Of a DNA stretch of 26,922 bases, positions 9,303 through 17,545 are shown in pieces. The notes below the pieces were generated by a model. That model did not search any database. It saw only the letters and a program-made list of their open reading frames with translations, and was not told the origin of the DNA. A program made the translations under genes and the position numbers. This DNA comes from Candidatus Zixiibacteriota bacterium (GTDB taxonomy: Bacteria > Zixibacteria > MSB-5A5 > UBA10806 > 4484-95): assembly GCA_029932605.1 (NCBI GenBank), contig JAOZPT010000032.1, forward strand, positions 1 through 26,922, given 5' to 3'. Within the stretch, counting starts at the first letter, position 1; the number at the start of each line of letters is the position of its first letter.

Positions 9303-12300
9303 TCAGTCAACCATCTTACGCAATATATTTTTAACCTGTCTTGCCCTGTCATTACCATCTTTTATTTTTATTGTGATCTGAAGATTAAAGTTTCGACCAG
9401 TTTTAAAATCCAGTCTTTCAGGAACATTTGAAACCCAGCGTTCTATCGTCTTTCTATTTATACTCTTGTTACTGGAAAATTCAAGTGTAAGTTTATCTTT
9501 TTTAAGCTGTAAAGCAGATAAACCTATTTTTTTCCCCAGAAGCCTTATCATTGCTATTTGAGCCAAATTATCGACAGACTCCGGGGGTAAGCCAAAACGG
9601 TCAACAAGCTCCTCCACAAGCTCATTAACGGCTTTTTGACTTTCCGCTCCAGCAAAACGACGGTATATATCCACACGCTGGCTGTTGTCGGGTATGTAAT
9701 TTTCTGGCAGAAACAGATCAAGGTCGGTTGTTATATCAACATCAGCTTTAAGGTATTCCGATGGTGTGCCTTTGAATTGTGCTACAGCCTCCTCCAGGAG
9801 TTTGACATAAAGATCGAATCCCACTTCCTCGATGAATCCGTGTTGTTGAGGCCCCAGAAGGTTGCCGGCACCCCTTATTTCAAGGTCTCTTAAAGCCAAA
9901 TGAAAACCCGACCCGAGTTCTGTGAACTCTTCAATGGCCTTAAGCCTTTTCCTCGCCTGACGGGTGAGAAGCTTCAACGGAGGTATCAGAAGGTAAGCAT
10001 AAGCCCTGTAATGTGACCGTCCAACACGTCCTCTCAACTGGTAAAGCTGAGCCAGACCAAGTTTATCGGCACGAACGATGATAATAGTGTTAACCGATGG
10101 TATGTCCAGACCAGACTCAATGATAGTGGTGGATAACAGCACCATATATTTACGATTGAGAAAATCATTCATAACACTTTCCAGCTCCCTCTCCGGCATT
10201 TGGCCATGAGCCACTCCAATCTTTACCAGCGGCATTAGTTCTTTGAGATATCTATAGAATGCCCAGATCGATTGTACCCTGTTATGGACTATAAAAACCT
10301 GACCACCACGATCAAGTTCGCGTTCTACTGCCTCGACTATAATCTGGTCGGAAAAATTTGCCACCCGGGTGGTGATAGGAAGTCTATCCTTGGGCGGAGT
10401 ATTGATAACAGACATATCCCTTACATCTATTAAGGACATTTGTAGGGTTCTTGGAATAGGAGTGGCCGTAAGGGTTAAAACATCAACCTGGGTTTTAAGC
10501 TTTTTTATTTTTTCTTTATGCCCAACACCAAATCGATGTTCCTCATCAATTATCAATAGCCCTAGTTCCTTGAAACAGACACTTTTCTGCAGAAGCTTAT
10601 GGGTTCCGATAACGATATCGGTCGAACCGTCGGCCAGCCCTTTCCTTATTCGTTTTGACTGTCCGGGAGTGCAAAAACGAGAATACATCTCAATTTTTAC
10701 CGGAAACTGAGAAAGTCTTTCCTTAAAAGTTAACAGATGTTGAGCAGCAAGGATGGTTGTCGGGACCAAAACTGCTACTTGCTTATACGATTCGACCGCC
10801 TTAAGAGCCGCCCTGATAGCCAGCTCGGTTTTACCATAACCGACATCACCACAAATAAGCCTTTCCATTGGTATCGATTTTTCCATATCGGCCTTTATCT
10901 CATCCATTGCTTTCAGCTGGCCAGGGGTTTCCTGGAACTCAAAAGAAGCTTCAAGTTGATGGATCCAATCTGTATCAGGTTTGAACGCAAAACCTGGATA
11001 AGCCTGACGTTTGGCATACAGCTCAACCAGTTCTCCTGCCATGGCCATTAGGGCCTTTTTTGTCCGGGCTTTAACTCTCTCCCAGGTTCCCGTACCAAGT
11101 TTCGAAAGACGCGGATCGCCATCCTTGCCGGCAAATTTCTGAACCCGGTTGAACTGTTCAATCGGGACATAAAGTTTGTCATTACCAAGATACAGCAGGG
11201 CCAGGCAATCACGTTTGCGCCCATCGACAACCAGAGTCTCCAACCCCAGGAATTTACCAATCCCGTAATCGATATGAACAACAAAATCGCCCGGATTGAG
11301 ACTGGTATATGAGGATAATGCTACCCCCTCGCGGAAGCGTTTGATATAGTGCCTTTTTCTAAAGCGAGTGAACATCTGATTGCCAACCAAAAACCATTGT
11401 TTTAATTCAGTGATGGCAAAACCTGATGATAATCGTGCAACATGTAAACCGATTGGAAAATGCAAATCATCGATCAATTCACCGATTCGCTCTTTCTGGG
11501 ATGGTCCCTCGCATAAAATGTTCAATTTATAACCCTGTTGATACAACTCCGCTAAGCGGCCTTTTACAAAAGACATGTTAGAGCTGAAATACTCCTGCGC
11601 CCGCGTATGAAAAACAACGTCGGACCGCTCATCATCATAAGAAACCGTGAGGTTGACAACCCTAAATCTCTCCAGCTCGAGATCGAACATATGTCTATCC
11701 AGATATATCCTCTCAGGTTTTGCAAACAAACGATACGATTCATCGGATTTTTCGTAAAGGGATTTATACCTTTTCTGTGCCGTTTCGAACACACTCTCAG
11801 CCTGCCCATCACATAAACCCGGTTCATCTACAAAAACCAATGTTTGCTGAGATAGATGTTCAAATAGGTTAGCCATATTTACGCCCATGTTGGGCCAGAT
11901 AAATTCAAGGCCATCATAATCGCCATTGTCACCCAGAGTGATATAAAGCGCCTGTGCCTGTGCTTCGTCAAGAGTGTGCGCATACCTTTCGATAATGTCA
12001 TCATTAAAGATTATCTCTCTCCGAGGTAGTATAACCGTAGATTCTACCTGTGAGGTTGACCGCTGGGTAAGCACAGAGAAATGTCTTATCGACTCTATAA
12101 CATCACCAAAAAACTCAATCCGAACCGGATCCTCATCTTTGGGGGCAAAAAAGTCAATTATTCCACCCCTGACCGAGTATTCACCCAACATCTCTGTCAT
12201 CGGAGAACGTTGGTAATTAAGTCGTTCCAGCAAAGCTATCAATTTTTCACGATCAAGCTCTTTTCCTCTCTCGAGCCGAAGGCTGTATTCGCTCAGGTCT

Positions 12301-12710
12301 CGCTTGGGGATCGTTTTCTCAAGAATCGCCTCTACTGGTGCAATAATTACCATTGGCTGACCACAACTTAGGTTATAAAGAGCTAAAAGTCTTTGCCCTA
12401 CTATCTCCATATGGGGTGCTCTTATCTCATATGGTGAGATGCCTAAGGCAGGGAATAAATAAACCAAGCCATCACCTAGAAACGCCTTAAGGTCATCAGC
12501 CATCCTCTCCGCGGTTTCAGACTCTGTGGATATAACCAGCATCGGCCTTAACAACTTCCTGAAAACATGAGCCACAACCATAGCTTTAGATGAGGCTGAC
12601 AGGCCACCTATGTTCACCTGTTTTTTCCCATCAGAAAGGCAATTGTCAAGCTTTCCTACAGGATTGAGAGACTCGATTTCTTTTAAAAGTTTCTGTAAAA
12701 TCATAAACAC
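9303..12710 (-). CDS. mfd: Transcription-repair coupling factor
   Basis: UvrB-like N-region, CarD-like RID (GDFVVHIDYGIG), helicase motifs GDVGYGKT, DEEH, TATPIPRT, QLRGRVGR, TRG motif RDLEIRGAGNLLG, TRCF C-domain. Start is GTG 12710 or ATG 12704. Confidence 0.98.
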   Translation of the reverse strand: MFMILQKLLKEIESLNPVGKLDNCLSDGKKQVNIGGLSASSKAMVVAHVFRKLLRPMLVISTESETAERMADDLKAFLGDGLVYLFPALGISPYEIRAPHMEIVGQRLLALYNLSCGQPMVIIAPVEAILEKTIPKRDLSEYSLRLERGKELDREKLIALLERLNYQRSPMTEMLGEYSVRGGIIDFFAPKDEDPVRIEFFGDVIESIRHFSVLTQRSTSQVESTVILPRREIIFNDDIIERYAHTLDEAQAQALYITLGDNGDYDGLEFIWPNMGVNMANLFEHLSQQTLVFVDEPGLCDGQAESVFETAQKRYKSLYEKSDESYRLFAKPERIYLDRHMFDLELERFRVVNLTVSYDDERSDVVFHTRAQEYFSSNMSFVKGRLAELYQQGYKLNILCEGPSQKERIGELIDDLHFPIGLHVARLSSGFAITELKQWFLVGNQMFTRFRKRHYIKRFREGVALSSYTSLNPGDFVVHIDYGIGKFLGLETLVVDGRKRDCLALLYLGNDKLYVPIEQFNRVQKFAGKDGDPRLSKLGTGTWERVKARTKKALMAMAGELVELYAKRQAYPGFAFKPDTDWIHQLEASFEFQETPGQLKAMDEIKADMEKSIPMERLICGDVGYGKTELAIRAALKAVESYKQVAVLVPTTILAAQHLLTFKERLSQFPVKIEMYSRFCTPGQSKRIRKGLADGSTDIVIGTHKLLQKSVCFKELGLLIIDEEHRFGVGHKEKIKKLKTQVDVLTLTATPIPRTLQMSLIDVRDMSVINTPPKDRLPITTRVANFSDQIIVEAVERELDRGGQVFIVHNRVQSIWAFYRYLKELMPLVKIGVAHGQMPERELESVMNDFLNRKYMVLLSTTIIESGLDIPSVNTIIIVRADKLGLAQLYQLRGRVGRSHYRAYAYLLIPPLKLLTRQARKRLKAIEEFTELGSGFHLALRDLEIRGAGNLLGPQQHGFIEEVGFDLYVKLLEEAVAQFKGTPSEYLKADVDITTDLDLFLPENYIPDNSQRVDIYRRFAGAESQKAVNELVEELVDRFGLPPESVDNLAQIAMIRLLGKKIGLSALQLKKDKLTLEFSSNKSINRKTIERWVSNVPERLDFKTGRNFNLQITIKIKDGNDRARQVKNILRKMVD

Positions 12711-12740
12711 AAAAACCCCGCTCCCTTTTGTGGGGCGGGT
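12711..12740 (-). terminator. Rho-independent terminator closing the polyamine/methyltransferase operon
   Basis: Minus strand ACCCGCCCC-ACAAAA-GGGAGCGGGG-TTTTTGTGTTT: GC-rich stem with one bulge plus a U tract, 20 nt after the stop at 12761. Confidence 0.7.
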
Positions 12741-12760
12741 GTATCATCCAACAAACTTTT

Positions 12761-13498
12761 TCAGTCTTTTTTCCTCGCTACAAGTATCATTCTTGGTGAA
12801 TTGGCCAGATATAAAGAGCCATCAAAATCACCATAAACATCGGTCAGAACCAAACCAACCTTATCGAACATATCAAGCATTTCAGTCAACGTATAAAGCC
12901 TGAAAGAAGACTCAAGCCGCCGCTTCTTACCGCCATCGACTATCAGTTGATGATCTATCTCCAGCCGCGATTTGAAAAAGTCAAAAAACCTTTCCTCGAG
13001 AATAACAGTGCCGTTTTCTATACTCCATCTTTTTGGCTGAAGAGAATGGATAATATTATCCCGGTTAATCGTGTCGATTAAAAATTGCCCGTCCGGTTTT
13101 AATGATTCAACCACTCCTTGTAACACCTTAATATCCTCAGATTCAGAATCAAAAAGGCCAAAGGCAGTAAATAGGTTTATTACGGCATCAAACTCGTTAA
13201 AGTGCTGAATATCTCTCATATCCCGTTGTTCAAGCTTGAGATTCACTTTCAATGAAACGGCTTTCTCATGGGCTTTTCTTAAAAACTTTTCAGATAAGTC
13301 CAGGCCGGTGACATCATAACCCTTTTTCGCTAACACCACCGAATGCCGGCCAAAACCACAACATAAATCGAGGATTTTAGCCGGTGGCTCAATCTGGAGC
13401 ATTCGTAGGATACCATCAACCTCCAAGGGAGCAGACTTCTCGGTATGCCAATATAGCTTCAGGTAGTCATCGTTAAAATATTTATCCCACCACGGCAC
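12761..13498 (-). CDS. Class I SAM-dependent methyltransferase (MT3)
   Basis: Motif I ILDLCCGFGRH, GLDLS, DMRD, FDAVINLFTAFG, LKPDGQFLID; GTG start after AGGAG. Confidence 0.9.
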   Translation of the reverse strand: MPWWDKYFNDDYLKLYWHTEKSAPLEVDGILRMLQIEPPAKILDLCCGFGRHSVVLAKKGYDVTGLDLSEKFLRKAHEKAVSLKVNLKLEQRDMRDIQHFNEFDAVINLFTAFGLFDSESEDIKVLQGVVESLKPDGQFLIDTINRDNIIHSLQPKRWSIENGTVILEERFFDFFKSRLEIDHQLIVDGGKKRRLESSFRLYTLTEMLDMFDKVGLVLTDVYGDFDGSLYLANSPRMILVARKKD

Positions 13499-13500
13499 TT

Positions 13501-14367
13501 TTATTCTCCTAAGAATCCTTTGGCAATTATTTTATAAGCCAGCTTGGCAGCAGTAAAATCAGCATATGTCAAACCGATTCGTGGTGATAGTTCAACTATA
13601 TCGCCGCCGACAATTCTTTTCTTTAAAGCGGTTGCATTAATAATCGACATCATCTCCTCCCAGTTTAATCCCCCCGGCTCGGGAGTACCCACAGCCGGCA
13701 TTACCGAGGGGTCGAAGCTATCAAGGTCAACTGTGATATAAACATTTTCGGATAAATTTGCTATGATTTTTTCAAAAATATCAGGGTTTTTTCTATATTC
13801 CGATATCTTAATTATCCTGTCTGAATATTTTCTTTCATTGTCATCATTGCTGAAACTTCTTACCCCCACTGTTATAAACGGCGCCATTTCAGCCACCCTG
13901 GCCATGACGCAAGCATGGGAAAACCTGCTACCCTGATACGAATCCCGAAGATCCGTATGGGCATCGATATGCAATACGGACAAATTATTGTACTTTTCTT
14001 TATGCCCCTTTACCAGAGCAATTGTTATGGAATGTTCGCCCCCTAAAGATAAAAGAAATTTGCCATCATCAAGAATTTTCATGCTTTTTTTATAAATAAT
14101 ATCCTGCATCTCTTTCGGGCTTGAGACAACCTGTTCGATCTCAGGAAGAGTGGCGATGCCGACTGATGAGGGGTCAAGTTCGAGAGTTTCATCATAAGTC
14201 TCAAGATGACGGGAGGCTGAGATAATAGCCTGCGGGCCGTTACGGGCACCCGGCTCATAAGTGAGGGTTAGCTCATAAGGTATCGGCAGGATAGCCACCC
14301 CGGCTTTGTGATAATCAGCCAGCTCATTAGACAAACCAAGGAAATTAAAAGAAACTGAATCGTACAT
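13501..14367 (-). CDS. speB: Agmatinase (ureohydrolase)
   Basis: GGEHS, HIDAHTD, SHA, DLDSFDPS, GTPEPGG and DIVE metal-binding/ureohydrolase motifs; in an operon with arginine decarboxylase. Confidence 0.93.
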   Translation of the reverse strand: MYDSVSFNFLGLSNELADYHKAGVAILPIPYELTLTYEPGARNGPQAIISASRHLETYDETLELDPSSVGIATLPEIEQVVSSPKEMQDIIYKKSMKILDDGKFLLSLGGEHSITIALVKGHKEKYNNLSVLHIDAHTDLRDSYQGSRFSHACVMARVAEMAPFITVGVRSFSNDDNERKYSDRIIKISEYRKNPDIFEKIIANLSENVYITVDLDSFDPSVMPAVGTPEPGGLNWEEMMSIINATALKKRIVGGDIVELSPRIGLTYADFTAAKLAYKIIAKGFLGE

Positions 14368-14368
14368 A

Positions 14369-15112
14369 TCAACTTACCACAAAAAACCACCGAGAAGCAT
14401 TCTCTATTGGTTCATCAGGGTCAAACGATGAAACCGAGATATTCCCAAACCCCGCTTTAGTTAAAGATTCGGCAACTTTATCCAAAGGGTAAGAGCGTTC
14501 ATAAATTTTTTGCAGAAAATGTTTATAGGTCGTTTTCCCCGATGAATCTCCGCTACTTACATTAACGAAACCCTCGATTGTAATTTCGGCTAAGGTTCTT
14601 TCAGGAAAATAAAAACCGTTTATTATCAAAGTATAGCCGGGTTTTCTTCTTATCTCAACCAATTCCCAGCCTGCCAATCCCTCCGGACTCAACATATCAA
14701 AAATAAAGAATCCTCTCTCCCTAAGGTGAATCCTGGCGGTTTTAAACATTTTGCATAGAGCGGCAATACTACCGAGGTGATTAACACTGTCGAAAAAACT
14801 GACCACTATATTGAAACGCCTTTTAAGCCTTACCGAAGTCATATCACCATGAATAAACTTAACGCCTTTGTTTTTTCCTCGAGCCTGCTTCAACATCCGC
14901 CGGGACATATCAACACCTACGAATCGAAGTTTTGTCTTACGCAACCTGTATTCAAGCTCACCGGTGCCGCAGGCTAAATCAAGTATAGTTTCATCACCTT
15001 TACCACGAAAACGGACAAAATTTTTCAATCGCTGGGCGCAGATTTTGGAAAACCGGCTCCAGCCCAATAAATCATAATAACAAGCGAAATCGCCATAAAC
15101 ATTGGTTTTCAT
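14369..15112 (-). CDS. Class I SAM-dependent methyltransferase (MT2)
   Basis: YGDFACYYD, ILDLACGTGEL, GVDMSRRML, GDM, FDSVNH, GFFIFD; ATGA overlap with the upstream gene. Confidence 0.9.
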   Translation of the reverse strand: MKTNVYGDFACYYDLLGWSRFSKICAQRLKNFVRFRGKGDETILDLACGTGELEYRLRKTKLRFVGVDMSRRMLKQARGKNKGVKFIHGDMTSVRLKRRFNIVVSFFDSVNHLGSIAALCKMFKTARIHLRERGFFIFDMLSPEGLAGWELVEIRRKPGYTLIINGFYFPERTLAEITIEGFVNVSSGDSSGKTTYKHFLQKIYERSYPLDKVAESLTKAGFGNISVSSFDPDEPIENASRWFFVVS

Positions 15113-15846
15113 TTATGTGCCACTACGAAAATCCGACCACACTGCGCCACAGGTTTTTCCTGGTGAAAGCTGGACATGGTTATTTTTAAAAAGCCGGCCT
15201 TTTTTAATAAACGGCGGACAGTGGAATTCGGATAACCCTTCTGATAGAAAACATCATAGAGACGGTTGTAGCATTTTCCTTTTGATTTCACAAAAGCCTC
15301 GATAAACATATAAGCTTTGTGATTTCCATCATCATATCCCCCATTTCGGATTATAAGATAATCCTTGCGTGAATTAACAAACTGGATAGACCAGTTTCTT
15401 AGGCCTGTTATCGTGTTCATATCGAATACGAATAAACCATTTTTATAAAGACAACGATAAACGTTTTTAAATGTTGCCAGTAACTCATCTCCCTTCATAA
15501 TATGATTTAAGGAATCGAAACTGCAAGTCGCAATATGAAATTTAGGTTTTAACGAAAATGTTCTTAAATCTTTGTTATAGAATTTTAACTTCGGATTTTT
15601 TTGACGTGCGATAATCAACATATCTCTACTAATGTCCAGGCCACAGGATTTGAATCCGTTTTTATTCAGAAGCCTGCAAAGCTCACCAGTGCCACAGGCT
15701 AAATCTATAATTTTTAAATAAGGTTTTGGGACACGATGGCTCTGCATATATTTTTTGAAAAAAGGTAAGGCTTTCAACAGGAAAGCTTTGGCAAACTCAT
15801 TGAAGCCAAGTTTGTCGTAATACTTAGCTAAACTTGAATACATCAT
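15109..15846 (-). CDS. Class I SAM-dependent methyltransferase (MT1), paralog of MT2
   Basis: YSSLAKYYD, IIDLACGTGEL, GLDISRDML, FDSLNH, GLFVFDMNT; ATGA overlap with the DHS-like gene. Confidence 0.9.
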   Translation of the reverse strand: MMYSSLAKYYDKLGFNEFAKAFLLKALPFFKKYMQSHRVPKPYLKIIDLACGTGELCRLLNKNGFKSCGLDISRDMLIIARQKNPKLKFYNKDLRTFSLKPKFHIATCSFDSLNHIMKGDELLATFKNVYRCLYKNGLFVFDMNTITGLRNWSIQFVNSRKDYLIIRNGGYDDGNHKAYMFIEAFVKSKGKCYNRLYDVFYQKGYPNSTVRRLLKKAGFLKITMSSFHQEKPVAQCGRIFVVAHK

Positions 15847-16871
15847 TTTGCTAATTTTATACGAGGTCCCATCTCAAATTCCGGAATATACTTACGTTTT
15901 TTATTTTTCCGCTTTGTGGCTAAGGCGCTGACGAGGATGGGTAGAGATATGGTGGAATCTGAAAAAACCGTCACCGTAGTGGACTCTTTAGCTATTTTGC
16001 CCCAGGACTTCGCCTCTGAGAATGTACAACCCGAAAGCCCGCCCCAGTGGGGTGCATCGGTGGTAATCTGAATAGCATAGTAATGCCCCTGATTTTCAGA
16101 TTCGGGACTCTTGGTATAGACCACCTCAGATTGCTGGATGAAATTTTTAGGTGAGCCGCCACCTATATATATTACACCTGACCTAGGAGAGTTTTCGGTT
16201 ATATAAGATGATTCATAAACATCCCCTATGACATCAAACTTGAAATAGTTATCCGGTTCATATTTTTTATTTGCCAGAGAGATCCCTATGGATGAATCTG
16301 CGATAGCAGGTATGTAGATCGGTATATTTTGTCGATAGGCGGCTGACACAATACAATCGGTTATCCCCTCCGAGTTCATTTTATCACCAAGTATGTTCAG
16401 GTATTCGCGGGTTGTAATGGAACGACCGGGATTGAAACCATAAGACAGCTTATCCAACCAGTCATCAGTGTTACGAAACTCATCCTCTGAAAGAAGGGTA
16501 TCGTAAACTCTATCGAGGTTATTTTTTTTAAGTTGCGAGTCATCGGTTTCTGGATACCACTTCCAATGATGGAATCCCCGGGCCTCGTGTATGTCATGGA
16601 ATATATTGGCTCCGGTGGAGACAAGGCAATCGATATAGCGGTTTTCAATAAGGTATATCACTATAAGCCTCATGCCAGCGGCCGACATCGCACCCGCAAA
16701 CCCAAAAAATATAAGACATCTATCATCTAACATTTTATCCCAGATATCTAAAGCAATAGATAGGTTTCTACCCTGGAAAGAACAATTCCCCATCTTCTCA
16801 AGAACATCTAAAACCGAGCTATCAGGGTTTATTTTAAACGGTATAACGGGATGTTTCCTGAACTCATCCAT
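15843..16871 (-). CDS. Deoxyhypusine synthase-like protein (probable homospermidine / aminobutylagmatine synthase, SpeY-like)
   Basis: FQGRNL, GAMSAAG, VSTGAN, RVYD, PAIADSSIG, GGGSPKNF, and GGLSGCTFSEAKSWGK with the catalytic Lys. Confidence 0.92.
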   Translation of the reverse strand: MDEFRKHPVIPFKINPDSSVLDVLEKMGNCSFQGRNLSIALDIWDKMLDDRCLIFFGFAGAMSAAGMRLIVIYLIENRYIDCLVSTGANIFHDIHEARGFHHWKWYPETDDSQLKKNNLDRVYDTLLSEDEFRNTDDWLDKLSYGFNPGRSITTREYLNILGDKMNSEGITDCIVSAAYRQNIPIYIPAIADSSIGISLANKKYEPDNYFKFDVIGDVYESSYITENSPRSGVIYIGGGSPKNFIQQSEVVYTKSPESENQGHYYAIQITTDAPHWGGLSGCTFSEAKSWGKIAKESTTVTVFSDSTISLPILVSALATKRKNKKRKYIPEFEMGPRIKLAK

Positions 16872-16872
16872 A

Positions 16873-17424
16873 TCAATTACAAAGGAAAATAGCTGCTGCT
16901 ACAACCGTAGTCCACAAACCTTTCTTATTTCCCCGGGATGATTGGGTAATATTGGTTGTGCGTACTATCTTACCAGAAATCTTATATATTTCTTTTTTCT
17001 CATCATACGATTTATCAACATCAAACTCTATCCCAAGCGTAGAAGCTAACATGCCTGCCGCTAAATCCTCGGCATAGTCACCTGATATGCGCTCTGTCTG
17101 GCCGAAAGCAGAATGTTCGGAAAGATAACCATACTGGGAACGGTCATTGGGAATTGCCAGGCCCACCGAGGCCGATATCAAGCGGTTGGGCTCGTTAGTC
17201 TCATTGCGTTTCATCACGCAATAGACGATTTGGCCTGGCTGTAGTTGTTTTAACCCCTGCTTTTTGGAAATCAACCTGCAGTTGGGGGGAAAAATCGAAG
17301 AGACATGGACCAAATTAACACCAGCGATACCTGCCGAGCGAAGAGCCAGCTCATACGAAGAAAGTTTCTCCTTATCCACGCCAACCCCTTTTGTAAGGAA
17401 AAGTTTATTGGGTATTATCAACAT
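16873..17424 (-). CDS. pdaD: Pyruvoyl-dependent arginine decarboxylase
   Basis: FLTKGVG, SSYELALRSAGI, NLVHVSSIFPP (Ser-Ser autocleavage site), GYLSEH, WTTVVAAA; RBS GAGGTGG. Confidence 0.93.
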   Translation of the reverse strand: MLIIPNKLFLTKGVGVDKEKLSSYELALRSAGIAGVNLVHVSSIFPPNCRLISKKQGLKQLQPGQIVYCVMKRNETNEPNRLISASVGLAIPNDRSQYGYLSEHSAFGQTERISGDYAEDLAAGMLASTLGIEFDVDKSYDEKKEIYKISGKIVRTTNITQSSRGNKKGLWTTVVAAAIFLCN

Positions 17425-17461
17425 TTTCCCACCTCATTCGTTAAGGTAAAATATAAAAAAG

Positions 17462-17490
17462 ATAATAAAAAAAAACAGGTTTTTATGCAA
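17462..17490 (-). promoter_or_regulatory. Putative sigma70 promoter of the polyamine/methyltransferase operon
   Basis: Minus strand TTGCAT (17490-17485), 17 nt spacer, TATTAT (17467-17462), ending 37 nt upstream of the pdaD ATG. Confidence 0.55.
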
Positions 17491-17545
17491 GTTAAAGCTT
17501 TTAAATAATGCAGAAATTCAAAACTAATATATGAAACGAACCGAA

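Noticed and set aside
3808..12903. Numerous antisense or nested ORFs over hflX, the PPIases and mfd
   Set aside because: They lie opposite or within well-supported conserved genes and have no protein-like features.
12761..15846. Methyltransferases as spermidine synthases or DNA methyltransferases
   Set aside because: They lack the GGGDG aminopropyltransferase motif and the DPPY/NPPY or PCQ DNA methyltransferase motifs.
13544..17508. Small ORFs inside the polyamine operon as precursor peptides or MT substrates
   Set aside because: All overlap the main genes, mostly antisense, and there is no free intergenic space for a RiPP-like precursor.
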